Assembly (NCBI GenBank): GCA_019323515.1 | Contig: JAHWHG010000002.1 | Location: 18,316-82,315 of the forward strand | Length of the DNA: 64,000 nt | Origin: Candidatus Woesearchaeota archaeon | GTDB lineage: Archaea > Nanobdellota > Nanobdellia > Woesearchaeales > JAHWHD01 | Direction: 5' to 3' | In this document: piece after piece, positions 1-8,641 of the stretch | Position numbering within the stretch: the first letter of the stretch is position 1 | Layout of the letters: each line of letters starts with the position of its first letter | Made by a program: the position numbers and the translations under genes | The notes under the pieces: generated by a model | Database searches by the model: none | Seen by the model: only the letters and a program-made list of their open reading frames with translations | Told to the model about the DNA's origin: nothing

Positions 1-921
1 AACAGTGTGAATCCTTGGATGTTCTTTTTTCATCTCTTTGTATGCAGGGATCTCGTCTTCCCATGGATGCTTATACTCGATGCCTTCGAGTTCAGTTCCT
101 TTGAACTCTTCCTCAATCTTTAGCATTTCATCAGTGAAGTTCTGGATAACCGGGGCTGCAAGTCCTTTTGCAAGGATCCAGGTCTCGTCTTTTACCTTTG
201 CACGCACATAGTCAAGTTCTGGATGTACCATTATCCCAAGATTAAATGGGATTGTCCATGGAGTTGTTGTCCATATTACCAAGAACTCTTTATCTTTTCC
301 TTTGACTGGAAATTTTAAGAAGATTGATTTGTCAGTGACTTCCTGGTATTCCTGTTCATGTTTTGCAAGTGCTGTCTGGCAGGAAGCGCACCATGATAAT
401 GTTCTCAGACCTTCGTAAAGTCTTTTGTTCTCATGTGCTTTTTTGATAAGCCACCATTCACCTTCCATATAATTCGTGTTGATAGGATAATAAGCGTTCT
501 CAAAGTCCATCCAGATACCTAGGCGAAGAAGGTCTTCATCCATGACCTTTGCTTTTTCAACACTCCATTCCATGCATTCCTTTGCGAACTTGTCAAGGCC
601 AAAGTTTTCAATGTCATGCTTGTCCTTTAATCCGTTCTTTGCCATTACCTTGTGAGCTGTTGGAAGACCGTGCATATCGTATCCTGCACGATCCCAGACA
701 TCAAAACCTTTCATCCTTTTATAACGAAGTACAAAGTCTTTAGAAGAGTTGTTCCATGCATGGCCCATGTGAAGCCTTCCTGAAGTGTATGGAGGACCTT
801 GTAAAAAATAAAATTTTTGTTTTCCTTTATTGTTCTCTTTTGCAGTCTGCCAAATCTTGTTCTCAGCCCAGAATTTAAGTATCTCTGGTTCTTGTTCTAG
901 AGGATTATATTTAAGTACCAT
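1..921 (-). CDS. ileS: Isoleucyl-tRNA synthetase, N-terminal ~307 codons (gene runs off the left edge)
   Basis: My reverse-strand translation from ATG 921..919 reads MVLKYNPLEQEPEILKFWAEN...GPPYTSGRLHMGHAWN (class I HIGH-type motif)...LSWCASCQTALAKHE...VIWTTTPWTIPFN (IleRS-typical WTTTPWT block). The frame is open to position 1. It is absent from the ORF track because no stop lies inside the window. Confidence 0.85.
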   Translation of the reverse strand, partial: MVLKYNPLEQEPEILKFWAENKIWQTAKENNKGKQKFYFLQGPPYTSGRLHMGHAWNNSSKDFVLRYKRMKGFDVWDRAGYDMHGLPTAHKVMAKNGLKDKHDIENFGLDKFAKECMEWSVEKAKVMDEDLLRLGIWMDFENAYYPINTNYMEGEWWLIKKAHENKRLYEGLRTLSWCASCQTALAKHEQEYQEVTDKSIFLKFPVKGKDKEFLVIWTTTPWTIPFNLGIMVHPELDYVRAKVKDETWILAKGLAAPVIQNFTDEMLKIEEEFKGTELEGIEYKHPWEDEIPAYKEMKKEHPRIHTV

Positions 922-947
922 TTTACAAGAATGGAGTTAGTTTTTTA

Positions 948-957
948 TTTATAAAGG
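948..957 (-). promoter_or_regulatory. TATA-box-like element upstream of ileS
   Basis: tttataaagg on the plus strand (cctTTATAAA on the gene strand) ends ~27 nt upstream of the ileS ATG. The same TTTATAAA-type box recurs at similar spacing before many genes here. Confidence 0.45.
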
Positions 958-999
958 TTGTGGGTGTGTTTATAAATTAAATTCAAAAAAAAAGGATAA

Positions 1000-1317
1000 T
1001 CAAAGTTTAAACCTGTTATATCTCTTGTCTATTATAAACAGAACACCAGTTATCATAAGAGGTACTGCCAAGAACAGGATTGCATAGATATTGTCAAATA
1101 TGAATGCATATGCTATCCCTGTTATCAGGAAGAAGTAACCACCAAGTTCGCGTTTTCTCCATGCGATTATTGTAGCGATGAGCGGGATTATCCAGACAAC
1201 GCTTTCGATTATTGTTACTAATGAAAAGCCATGTGAAAGTACAACAAACATAAACCAAAAAAAGGTTGTGATACATGCCATGTATCTTGGTACATAGTGT
1301 ATATATTTATTTTTCAA
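1000..1317 (-). CDS. Small integral membrane protein
   Basis: ORF track 105 aa with four hydrophobic runs (ITTFFWFMFVVLSHGFSLV, VVWIIPLIATIIAW, YFFLITGIAYAFIF, ILFLAVPLMITGVLFII). No motif recognised. Confidence 0.5.
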   Translation of the reverse strand: MKNKYIHYVPRYMACITTFFWFMFVVLSHGFSLVTIIESVVWIIPLIATIIAWRKRELGGYFFLITGIAYAFIFDNIYAILFLAVPLMITGVLFIIDKRYNRFKL

Positions 1318-2035
1318 GTATGCTCACCTGTTTTAACATTTTTCTACATTCTTTATCATTGAGAAGCTGCCTTGAGACTTCACAGAACAGTTTTCCCACG
1401 TGATAAATAAGTTCTTTTTGCTTTACAACGCAGTCCCTTATCTTGTCGATGGTGTGCACTCCTTCATGTGTAAGAAGGACACGGTGTTCAAGGTTTTCAG
1501 ATACGCAATTGACAATATCTATAAACTTTAGATATGTTTTTTCAAGTTCGTCAAGTTTAACGTTTAAGTCATCAATCTCTTTCATAAGAAAGAGGATGTT
1601 CATGTCTTTTTGTTTAGTAAACTTGTAGAAGATTTTCTTGCTTACCTTAACATCTTTTGTAAGTATCGTGACCTTTAATCTTGCAAGGTATGAAGTAAGG
1701 CCTTCAATGTTGCTGTTTATAAGCTGTTTCATTGCAATCTCTTTTGTGAGATAGTTTAGGTTTGTAAGCGCCTTATTGATCATTGTCTTTTCAGAGAAAG
1801 GTGCCTGCTTTATCTTTGAGGAGTATTCAGCAAGCTTGAGCTTGTATGAGTTCTTGAATTCTGTGATAGCTTCCTCAATATCTATAAGATCATAAGCCTC
1901 ATCCTTGATCCTTTGGATAGAACGTCTTTTCTTGCAAATCTGGGGTTCAGGCTTCTGAATAATAGAACCTACAGTAGTATTAACAACATTGTTCAGATAT
2001 TTGTCTATTTCCATTGTGCTATTTATTAATACCAC
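1307..2035 (-). CDS. Hypothetical helical/coiled-coil protein
   Basis: ORF track 242 aa, Lys/Glu/Leu-rich and heptad-like, with no motif recognised. The track start is GTG at 2035; an ATG (MEIDKYLNN) lies at 2014. Confidence 0.5.
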   Translation of the reverse strand: MVLINSTMEIDKYLNNVVNTTVGSIIQKPEPQICKKRRSIQRIKDEAYDLIDIEEAITEFKNSYKLKLAEYSSKIKQAPFSEKTMINKALTNLNYLTKEIAMKQLINSNIEGLTSYLARLKVTILTKDVKVSKKIFYKFTKQKDMNILFLMKEIDDLNVKLDELEKTYLKFIDIVNCVSENLEHRVLLTHEGVHTIDKIRDCVVKQKELIYHVGKLFCEVSRQLLNDKECRKMLKQVSILEK

Positions 2036-2088
2036 CTCTTCTTAGAGAAGTAATAAGGTGAAATTTATTTATAAATCTTTAGGTTAAG

Positions 2089-2098
2089 CTTATAAATA
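2089..2098 (+). promoter_or_regulatory. TATA-box-like element for the tRNA-binding-domain gene
   Basis: cttataaata ends 21 nt upstream of ATG 2119, which implies a leaderless or near-leaderless transcript. Confidence 0.45.
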
Positions 2099-2118
2099 AT
2101 CAGTGCTAGTTTCTGTTT

Positions 2119-2448
2119 ATGATATCATGGAATGATTTTGAGAAAGTGGAGATAAGGGCTGGGACAGTGCTTAGGGCTGAGGAGTTTCCAGAGGCAAAGA
2201 AGCCAGCTTATAAGCTTGAGATTGATTTTGGTAGTCTTGGTATTAAGAAGACGAGTGCCCAGATAACTAAGCTTTACAAGCCTGAAGACCTGGCAGGAAA
2301 GCAGGTAGTTGCTGTTGTTAACTTTCCAGCTAAACAGATTGCTTCTTTTATGTCAGAATGTCTTGTTCTAGGAGTTGTTGGAGAGAATGGAGAGGTTGTG
2401 CTTTTGAGACCTGAGCGAGAGGTAGCTAATGGCCTGAGGGTCCTTTGA
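2119..2448 (+). CDS. tRNA-binding OB-fold domain protein (CsaA/Trbp111-like)
   Basis: ORF track 109 aa. MISWNDFEKVEIRAGTV...AKKPAYKLEIDFG...GKQVVAVVNFPAKQIA fits the CsaA/EMAP-II-type tRNA-binding domain pattern. Confidence 0.8.
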   Translation: MISWNDFEKVEIRAGTVLRAEEFPEAKKPAYKLEIDFGSLGIKKTSAQITKLYKPEDLAGKQVVAVVNFPAKQIASFMSECLVLGVVGENGEVVLLRPEREVANGLRVL

Positions 2449-2767
2449 GTTCATAGCGAATTATGTTTGCTAGTGCAATGCCATCGCTTACTTCTATATC
2501 GTGTTGTTTTCTGATGATATCTTCAACTAAGTCAGATATTGTAGGTTGTTTGTCTCTTGAGAATGTGCCTTGATAAATAGTGCGATGTTGTTCGTAATGG
2601 TCAATTGTTGTTAAATTAGAATAACGGTTCCTGTCTTGCTGTGACTCAAAGCGTAGTATTACGTGATCATAAGTCTGGAACTCTTTAAGGATAGCAGCTG
2701 CTATTGAGCCTGGTGTCTCCTGTTTAAGGTCATCAACCCAGATATTGCCGTTTATTCCGTGTCTCAT
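2426..2767 (-). CDS. Hypothetical protein
   Basis: ORF track 113 aa. Its 3' end overlaps the convergent gene by 23 nt. No motif recognised. Confidence 0.4.
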   Translation of the reverse strand: MRHGINGNIWVDDLKQETPGSIAAAILKEFQTYDHVILRFESQQDRNRYSNLTTIDHYEQHRTIYQGTFSRDKQPTISDLVEDIIRKQHDIEVSDGIALANIIRYELKGPSGH

Positions 2768-2814
2768 GTTATTCTTAAGAAATAAAAGAAGTATTTAAGT
2801 TTTTATTTGATGTA

Positions 2815-3411
2815 TTATAATCCTAAAACCGTGTTACACATCCTTCTTTCCTTTAACAGGCTTGTAAGGATGTACTTGTCCTGGATTTGTGGAGCTTTTG
2901 ATTGAATATAATCAGAAAGTTCATCTTTAGTTGTAGCGCTCATGTGCCAGATATCTCGAGCTTCATCACAGATCATGTAAGGGTAGATGTCAATCTCAGA
3001 CAAGTACCTGCGCTCCTTTGGAACATCTATAAGGAATGATGACAATGCTGAATTGGAGTCATAGACTCTAGCGAAAGGTCTTGTCCTGAAAGAATCTTCA
3101 GTGAAATAATCCTTGTGCATTGTCACTATAAATGAGCAAGGAAGGCCTTGTGCTATCATAAGGCAGCGGAATGCAATTGTCTTGTCATATTCGTCACCAA
3201 TCCCTTGTTCTAGGATCTTGTCGATTGACCTGAATTCTTTTGTCTCTTCTGTTGATGGAAGTGATTTGATGTAATCTAATGTCCTATGTGAAACTGCTCT
3301 AGCAGTTGTCATGTCTGAGAGTTCATAAGTTGTATGCTGCAGCTTTTCAACATGTGCAAGCACTAGCTTAGATACTTTTGTCTGGTCTCCTTCTTTTAGC
3401 CATGGATTCAT
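2815..3411 (-). CDS. Hypothetical protein
   Basis: ORF track 198 aa. No motif recognised. Confidence 0.5.
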   Translation of the reverse strand: MNPWLKEGDQTKVSKLVLAHVEKLQHTTYELSDMTTARAVSHRTLDYIKSLPSTEETKEFRSIDKILEQGIGDEYDKTIAFRCLMIAQGLPCSFIVTMHKDYFTEDSFRTRPFARVYDSNSALSSFLIDVPKERRYLSEIDIYPYMICDEARDIWHMSATTKDELSDYIQSKAPQIQDKYILTSLLKERRMCNTVLGL

Positions 3412-3528
3412 ACTTTTTGCAGGTTTTGATTTTGTTTAAATATTTATCGGTTTTAGTGAAGTTATAGCAATATTTTTATAGTTGTAATGACTTGAATTGT
3501 TATTAATATCAGTTAAGAGGTGATAATT

Positions 3529-4401
3529 ATGGGAATAAAAGACCAGTTGAATAAGTTGAAAGAGAATTGGCTGATCCTGTTGTTGGTTCTTGTTGTTGTT
3601 ATTGGCCCGATGTTTTTTGGGAGTTTTGGAAGTTATAGGAGCATTAGCACTGAATCTTTTGGCTTGACTTCATTGGAGTATGCTGAAGCTCCAAGAGCAG
3701 CTGCAAAGTATGACTCTGATGATGCAGGTTCAGGCGCTGTTGAGAGAATAATAACAAAGGATGCTTCCTTGTCAACTGAAGTTGAGAGAGGGACATTTCA
3801 TTTCTGGCAGGATGAACTTAAGAAAATAATCGCTGCTTCTGATTCAATACTACTTAACGAGAATGTGAACAAGTATGATTCTGGCTGGAAGGAGTATTAC
3901 AGAGGTTATTATCAAATCAAGGTTCCAACTGTGAAGTATGATGAAGTGATTGCAGAGTTAAAGACATTAGGAGAGGTGGAGTCATTTAGAGAGACTGCAA
4001 CTGATGTTACTGAGAGTTATCTTGACCTTAATACTGAGCTAGAGGTTGAAAAGGAACGTTTGAAGAGATATCAGGCGATGTATGATGAGGCAGTTGAGGT
4101 AGCTGATAAGATTGAGTTGAATGACAGGATCTTTAACCAGGAGAGAAGAATAAAGTATCTGGAGGAGAGGATTGAAAATATTGACCAAAGAGTGGATTAC
4201 AGTCAGGTTTACTTTACTTTAGATGAGAAAAGAAGTGAGTATGCATATGTTGCATTAGTGAAGTTCTCTGAACTTGTGAGAGGGATAGTTGACAGCTTAA
4301 ATGCACTGCTTAAGTTGTTTTTCTGGGCTGCGCCTTGGTTAATGGTCTATATTATCTATCGGATTATTAAGAAGAAGGTATCTCCTAGAAAAAGAAGGTA
4401 A
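3529..4401 (+). CDS. Membrane-anchored coiled-coil protein (DUF4349-like architecture, tentative)
   Basis: The ORF track gives 3520..4401. I prefer ATG 3529 because GAGGTGA (3516..3522) lies 6 nt upstream. The protein has an N-terminal TM (WLILLLVLVVVIGPMFF), a long coiled-coil middle and a C-terminal TM (FFWAAPWLMVYIIYRII). Confidence 0.55.
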   Translation: MGIKDQLNKLKENWLILLLVLVVVIGPMFFGSFGSYRSISTESFGLTSLEYAEAPRAAAKYDSDDAGSGAVERIITKDASLSTEVERGTFHFWQDELKKIIAASDSILLNENVNKYDSGWKEYYRGYYQIKVPTVKYDEVIAELKTLGEVESFRETATDVTESYLDLNTELEVEKERLKRYQAMYDEAVEVADKIELNDRIFNQERRIKYLEERIENIDQRVDYSQVYFTLDEKRSEYAYVALVKFSELVRGIVDSLNALLKLFFWAAPWLMVYIIYRIIKKKVSPRKRR

Positions 4402-4470
4402 TTATTTTTTTTCATTGTTATTTTTATTTTTTAATAACTTTTATAATATTCTCTTTATTTCTTGATTTAT

Positions 4471-5001
4471 ATGAAATTATTGTTACATGTATGCTGCGGT
4501 CCCTGTGCTACAGAGAGCATAAGAAGGTTAAAGGATGAGCATGAGGTTATTTGTTATTTCTATAACCCTTGTGTTGAGCCTAAGGAGGAATATGAGAGGA
4601 GGAAGGATGCTTTTGTTAAGGTTTGTGATGCTTTAGCAGTGGATTATGTGATTGGAGATTATGATAATAGGAAGTTCAGGGAGATTGTCAAGGGTCTTGA
4701 GGCAGAGCCAGAGAATGGCAGAAGATGCTTAAGATGTTATGAGATGAGGTTAAAGGAATCTGGTAGGTTTGCTAAGGAAAACGGTTTTGATGTCTTTGCT
4801 ACTACATTGACAATCAGCCCGCATAAGAATTCTAGAGTTATATTTGATATTGGGAATAAAGCAGGTTCTGAGCATGGTGTTAAGTTTCTGGGGATAGATT
4901 TCAAGAAAAATGAAGGGTTTGCTAACTCAGTAAAGATGAGTAAAGAGCTGGATTTATACAGACAGAATTATTGCGGCTGCAGACTTCTTTCAGTCAAATA
5001 G
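4471..5001 (+). CDS. queH: Epoxyqueuosine reductase QueH (DUF208 family)
   Basis: LLHVCCGPC near the N-terminus and YRQNYCGC at the C-terminus are the hallmark Cys motifs of QueH. ATG 4471 is preferred over the track's TTG 4462 because a TATA-like ttttataa at about 4439..4446 lies 25 nt upstream. Confidence 0.8.
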   Translation: MKLLLHVCCGPCATESIRRLKDEHEVICYFYNPCVEPKEEYERRKDAFVKVCDALAVDYVIGDYDNRKFREIVKGLEAEPENGRRCLRCYEMRLKESGRFAKENGFDVFATTLTISPHKNSRVIFDIGNKAGSEHGVKFLGIDFKKNEGFANSVKMSKELDLYRQNYCGCRLLSVK

Positions 5002-5321
5002 TCTTCAATACAATAATAACCCTGTTCCCTTGATTGCTCGACTTCTGCAGCTAGTAATGACAATGGGTCAAAGATATCCTCAAACAGATAATGACCTAAC
5101 CTAAGGTCTGTCTCGAATGCAGCGTTCTCTATTGAATATTCAATGCTTGTAAATGAATGCTGGTATTCTAGTTCTTCAGAAGTTTGTTCAAGGCAAGGTA
5201 TAGTTTCCTCTTTTTCTGTTTGCTCATCCATAGACTTTAACATGTCCAATGGTGATTCATCTTCGTCCTCTTCAACAGGGGGCGGTTCATCACCTTCGTC
5301 TTCTAAATACAGTATAATCAT
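4968..5321 (-). CDS. Hypothetical acidic protein
   Basis: ORF track 117 aa, very Glu/Asp-rich. Its 3' end overlaps queH by 34 nt. No motif recognised. Confidence 0.4.
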   Translation of the reverse strand: MIILYLEDEGDEPPPVEEDEDESPLDMLKSMDEQTEKEETIPCLEQTSEELEYQHSFTSIEYSIENAAFETDLRLGHYLFEDIFDPLSLLAAEVEQSREQGYYCIEDYLTERSLQPQ

Positions 5322-5373
5322 ATACCCTCAAACGTGAATTATTTAATTTTAGGGGTTAATAAAGCTTTTGTTA

Positions 5374-6372
5374 TTAACTGCCAGTAGCTTTTGATAACAG
5401 TGTTGCATCTCCTAAGGAGTAGAACCTGTAACTGTGTTTGATTGCTTCCTGGTATGCATTTAGAATTCTTTCTTTTCCTGCAAAAGCACAGACTAAAAGA
5501 AGCAGCGAGGATTTCGGAAGATGAAAGTTTGTTATCATTAAAGATACCTTTGATTTAAACCTGTAACCTGGATAGATGTAGATAGAGGTTGAGGTCTTTG
5601 CTGGTTTGATGTTTCCATTACTGTCAGATGCTGATTCAATTGCTCTTAATGATGTTGTTCCAACTGCGATCAAGCGGCCTTTGCAGCTGTTTATTGTATC
5701 TGCAGCTTCTTTTGTTATTTCGAAGTATTCCTTGTGCATCTTGTGGTCTTCAACATGCTCGGCTTTTATCTCAAAGAATGTGCCATAGTCGATGTGAAGG
5801 CAGACCTTTACAATCTTTATGCCTTTATTTTTTATCTTTTGAATAACTTCGGGTGTGAAATGTAATGAAGCAGTGGGAGCAGCCACACTTCCAGGTATCT
5901 TTGCAAAGATTGGCTGGTATTCTTTATCTGATAATGAGAGGCGTTTTATGTAAGTAGGGAACGGGTATTCTGCGTTTTCCAGGATGTTTTCATTGTTGAA
6001 CTTAAGATGGTAGATGTTGTCTTTTTTTTCAATAATCTCTGCCTTAAGGCTGTTGCTGAACTCTAAGATAGTGCCTGGCTTAGGTCTGTTGGATTTCACA
6101 TGAGCTGTTGCGTTTTTTCCTTTGATGTCAAGGATAAAGACTTCAGCTGGTGCGCCTGTTGATTTTTTTCCGATTAATCGCGTACGTCTAACCTTTGTTT
6201 CATTGATTACAAGCACATCGTCCTTGTTTAGATAATCTATGATGTCATAGAAATGTTTATGCTGTATAATTTTATCTTTTACAATCATCAACCTGCTGTG
6301 GTCTTTAGGAAAGATAGGTTCTTGTGCAATAAGCTCTTTTGGCAGATTGTATTTGAATTTTTCGAGCAGCAT
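5374..6372 (-). CDS. queA: S-adenosylmethionine:tRNA ribosyltransferase-isomerase
   Basis: ORF track 332 aa. Blocks MLLEKFKYNLPKELIAQEP, VAAPTASLHFT, HIDYGTFFEIK, VGTTSLRAIES and FHLPKSSLLLLV match the conserved QueA pattern. Confidence 0.85.
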   Translation of the reverse strand: MLLEKFKYNLPKELIAQEPIFPKDHSRLMIVKDKIIQHKHFYDIIDYLNKDDVLVINETKVRRTRLIGKKSTGAPAEVFILDIKGKNATAHVKSNRPKPGTILEFSNSLKAEIIEKKDNIYHLKFNNENILENAEYPFPTYIKRLSLSDKEYQPIFAKIPGSVAAPTASLHFTPEVIQKIKNKGIKIVKVCLHIDYGTFFEIKAEHVEDHKMHKEYFEITKEAADTINSCKGRLIAVGTTSLRAIESASDSNGNIKPAKTSTSIYIYPGYRFKSKVSLMITNFHLPKSSLLLLVCAFAGKERILNAYQEAIKHSYRFYSLGDATLLSKATGS

Positions 6373-6450
6373 TTTTTTGAAATATACAATTTTGTTTATA
6401 AAGATTTAGCATATAAACTTATAAAGGTTTTTTTGTTATTAAATAATAAA

Positions 6451-7047
6451 ATGAATCCTACAACAATGAGACCAAGCATGATTGGAAATGAAGTAACTAT
6501 AACTGATGAACCTGGTTTTAGTTTCACAAAAACTTTTTCAAAATATTTCAAAAGTATTGTATCTCTTGTTGCTGCAAGTTACCTTGTAGCATGCAGCACA
6601 CTGTCGCCTGTTGATAGAGTAAAGCCTACCTACAAGCAAAGCTGGTTTGGGTGTAAAGTTGCAAGAGTTGAGGGTAAGGTTGAAAATAAAGAGCAAGAGC
6701 CTATAATAGTTGCATCTGCAGTAACTTTAGAAAATTACACTGGACATGATCTTTTCTTGAGAAAGGATGTTCCTGTTGAGCATAAAATCCGTGATCTTTT
6801 CATGAGGTATCGCGAGGTTGAGCCTAGGAAACTTGAAAGGTTTGTTGATGAATATCTTAAAGCTCATAGGCAAAAGCTAGCTCCTCTTGATTATAATCCG
6901 CATGACCTTTTATACAGAGGATTGATTGGAGACAGGTTCTTTGAAGGTATGAGGTATGGAAGGCATCTTCCTGTAAAGGATACAACTGCTTATGATGAGT
7001 TTATTGTTAAGATAGCAGAGAAACCTATAATTATTACAAAAGTTTAA
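6451..7047 (+). CDS. Hypothetical protein with lipobox-like motif
   Basis: The track ORF 6253..7047 overlaps queA on the other strand, so I prefer the in-frame ATG 6451 (MNPTTMRPS...). A hydrophobic run ends in the lipobox-like L-V-A-C (IVSLVAASYLVACSTLSP). Confidence 0.5.
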   Translation: MNPTTMRPSMIGNEVTITDEPGFSFTKTFSKYFKSIVSLVAASYLVACSTLSPVDRVKPTYKQSWFGCKVARVEGKVENKEQEPIIVASAVTLENYTGHDLFLRKDVPVEHKIRDLFMRYREVEPRKLERFVDEYLKAHRQKLAPLDYNPHDLLYRGLIGDRFFEGMRYGRHLPVKDTTAYDEFIVKIAEKPIIITKV

Positions 7048-7158
7048 TACGGCTGCCGGGACTTTCGTTCTGCAGCCTTTCTACAGAGATTCGAACCCGG
7101 GTAGCAACCTTGCTCCGAAGCTTGGGAGGGTTGAATCATACCACTAGATCACAGCCGT
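7048..7158 (-). tRNA. tRNA-Gly (anticodon CCC) with two introns (12 nt at 37/38; 28 nt in the T-loop)
   Basis: Minus-strand read: ACGGCTG-T-G-ATCT-AGTGGTA-TGAT-T-CAACC-CTCCCA[AGCTTCGGAGCA]A-GGTTG-CTAC-CCGGG-TTCGAAT[CTCTGTAGAAAGGCTGCAGAACGAAAGT]CCCGG-CAGCCGT-A. The acceptor stem is 7/7 paired with the C2:G71, G3:C70 and A73 Gly identity set. U8, GG in the D-loop and a 4-nt variable loop are present. Exons sum to 71 nt. Both inserts can form bulge-helix-bulge geometry (see findings). Confidence 0.8.
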
Positions 7159-7235
7159 ATGGCTGTAGTGAATCTGAAGGGGTTTTTAAATTTTTAGAAA
7201 ATATAGAAAATTAAGGTAATAAAATAAAAAATTTT

Positions 7236-8027
7236 TTAATCTCGGTAATGGCCTTTGAAGTGTTTCCTGTACTTAGGGTCGTCTGAGGCGTTTCTCCATG
7301 AAAGGATTGTTTTGTCGCCTATCTTTAGGTCATGTTCACTTACTATACCCTCATAGCCTCCACGAAACCAGTGGTTAAAGACAGCTGCCTTGTATTCAAC
7401 GTCTTTTCCGATTTGAGATTTTAGGAAGTCTTCTTTCTTGAACCAGTATGGATACTCTTCTGTATTCCATTCTTCAAGGTCAAACTCAACTTTCCTGTCA
7501 CCTTTTTCAGTTGTAATTGTAAGGACTGCTCTTAAGTGTTCATCTGTCTTAAGTCTATCATCCTTGTCCCAAATATTGTTTGGGACTTTTACAGCTTTTA
7601 ACTTACCTTTAACCTCTTCTTCTAAAAGGTATTCAAGCATTTCAGTCTGGTCAAGACATTTCTCGCCAAAGTATTCCTTGCCTGTATTAAGGTCTGTTAC
7701 CTTTACACCACCGTATGTGTCATTGTGAAGGACATTCCCTTCTCTTTTCTCTCTCTGCTCAAAGTCAAGCTCAAAGCTTACCTTGTGACCTATAACTTCA
7801 AGAGGTAGATCTTCTCCATCAAATCTGACAGTCTCCCAGCACGAGTTATATCCTCGCCAATCAACAGGCATAGCACGAAAATGCTTATCCTTTAGTTTTG
7901 CTGGCGTATACTCTCTTGGCCATGTCTTTTTCCATTGTTCTTCATCAAAGTCGTTTAAAGCAAGTGCGCAGAAATCACAGTCATCATCAACATAGATCTT
8001 TTCAACATATTTTTCTAGATTATTCAT
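7236..8027 (-). CDS. Hypothetical protein
   Basis: ORF track 263 aa, Trp/Glu/Lys-rich and soluble-looking. No motif recognised. Confidence 0.55.
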   Translation of the reverse strand: MNNLEKYVEKIYVDDDCDFCALALNDFDEEQWKKTWPREYTPAKLKDKHFRAMPVDWRGYNSCWETVRFDGEDLPLEVIGHKVSFELDFEQREKREGNVLHNDTYGGVKVTDLNTGKEYFGEKCLDQTEMLEYLLEEEVKGKLKAVKVPNNIWDKDDRLKTDEHLRAVLTITTEKGDRKVEFDLEEWNTEEYPYWFKKEDFLKSQIGKDVEYKAAVFNHWFRGGYEGIVSEHDLKIGDKTILSWRNASDDPKYRKHFKGHYRD

Positions 8028-8137
8028 CTTATAAAGATAATGTATTAAGTAGTTTATAAAGCTTATGGTCCTTAACTACTAATAAGTAGTAATAAATAGA
8101 AGGATTTATAAAGGAAATATGCTTTCTAACCTATATA

Positions 8138-8620
8138 ATGAAACGGTTAGAACTGTTTTTGAGGGATATTGAAAGGACTGCGGAGTCTACAGTAGATGAT
8201 TATGCTTTTTGGGTTAATAATGAATCTAAGCATTTAAGTGATGCTACACTTCCTGAGGTCACTAAAGTTGTACAGTATTATTTTGGGCTGAATGATATTA
8301 ACAAAAAGATGCTTCTAGGTTCTGCTTTGCTTAATTCTGAGAAAAACTCAAAGACTAAGACATATCTGGATGCTGTGTTCAGGGATTTTAAGAGGACTGT
8401 ACTCTTCAGGCAGAGTGCACCGAGCCTTACTGAGAGATTTAAGAAGATGAGGGATCCTAATTATATGCCAAAGGAAAGGGATAATCAGATGAAGTATTAT
8501 TATAAGGTGCTTAGGGATTATGAAGCAAAGGATGCTGTTCCATTATCTGAACCAGAGGTTCCGATCATACAAAGGATTCTTGACATGAGAGAGAGGATTG
8601 AGTTACAGTATTCTCATTAG
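8138..8620 (+). CDS. Hypothetical protein
   Basis: ORF track 160 aa. No motif recognised. Confidence 0.5.
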   Translation: MKRLELFLRDIERTAESTVDDYAFWVNNESKHLSDATLPEVTKVVQYYFGLNDINKKMLLGSALLNSEKNSKTKTYLDAVFRDFKRTVLFRQSAPSLTERFKKMRDPNYMPKERDNQMKYYYKVLRDYEAKDAVPLSEPEVPIIQRILDMRERIELQYSH

Positions 8621-8641
8621 AGAAATTAGAAACAAGATAAT

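Noticed and set aside
6253-6450. Upstream 66 codons of track ORF 6253..7047
   Set aside because: They overlap the 5' end of queA on the opposite strand, and the region 6373..6450 is AT-rich promoter-like sequence. ATG 6451 was chosen instead.
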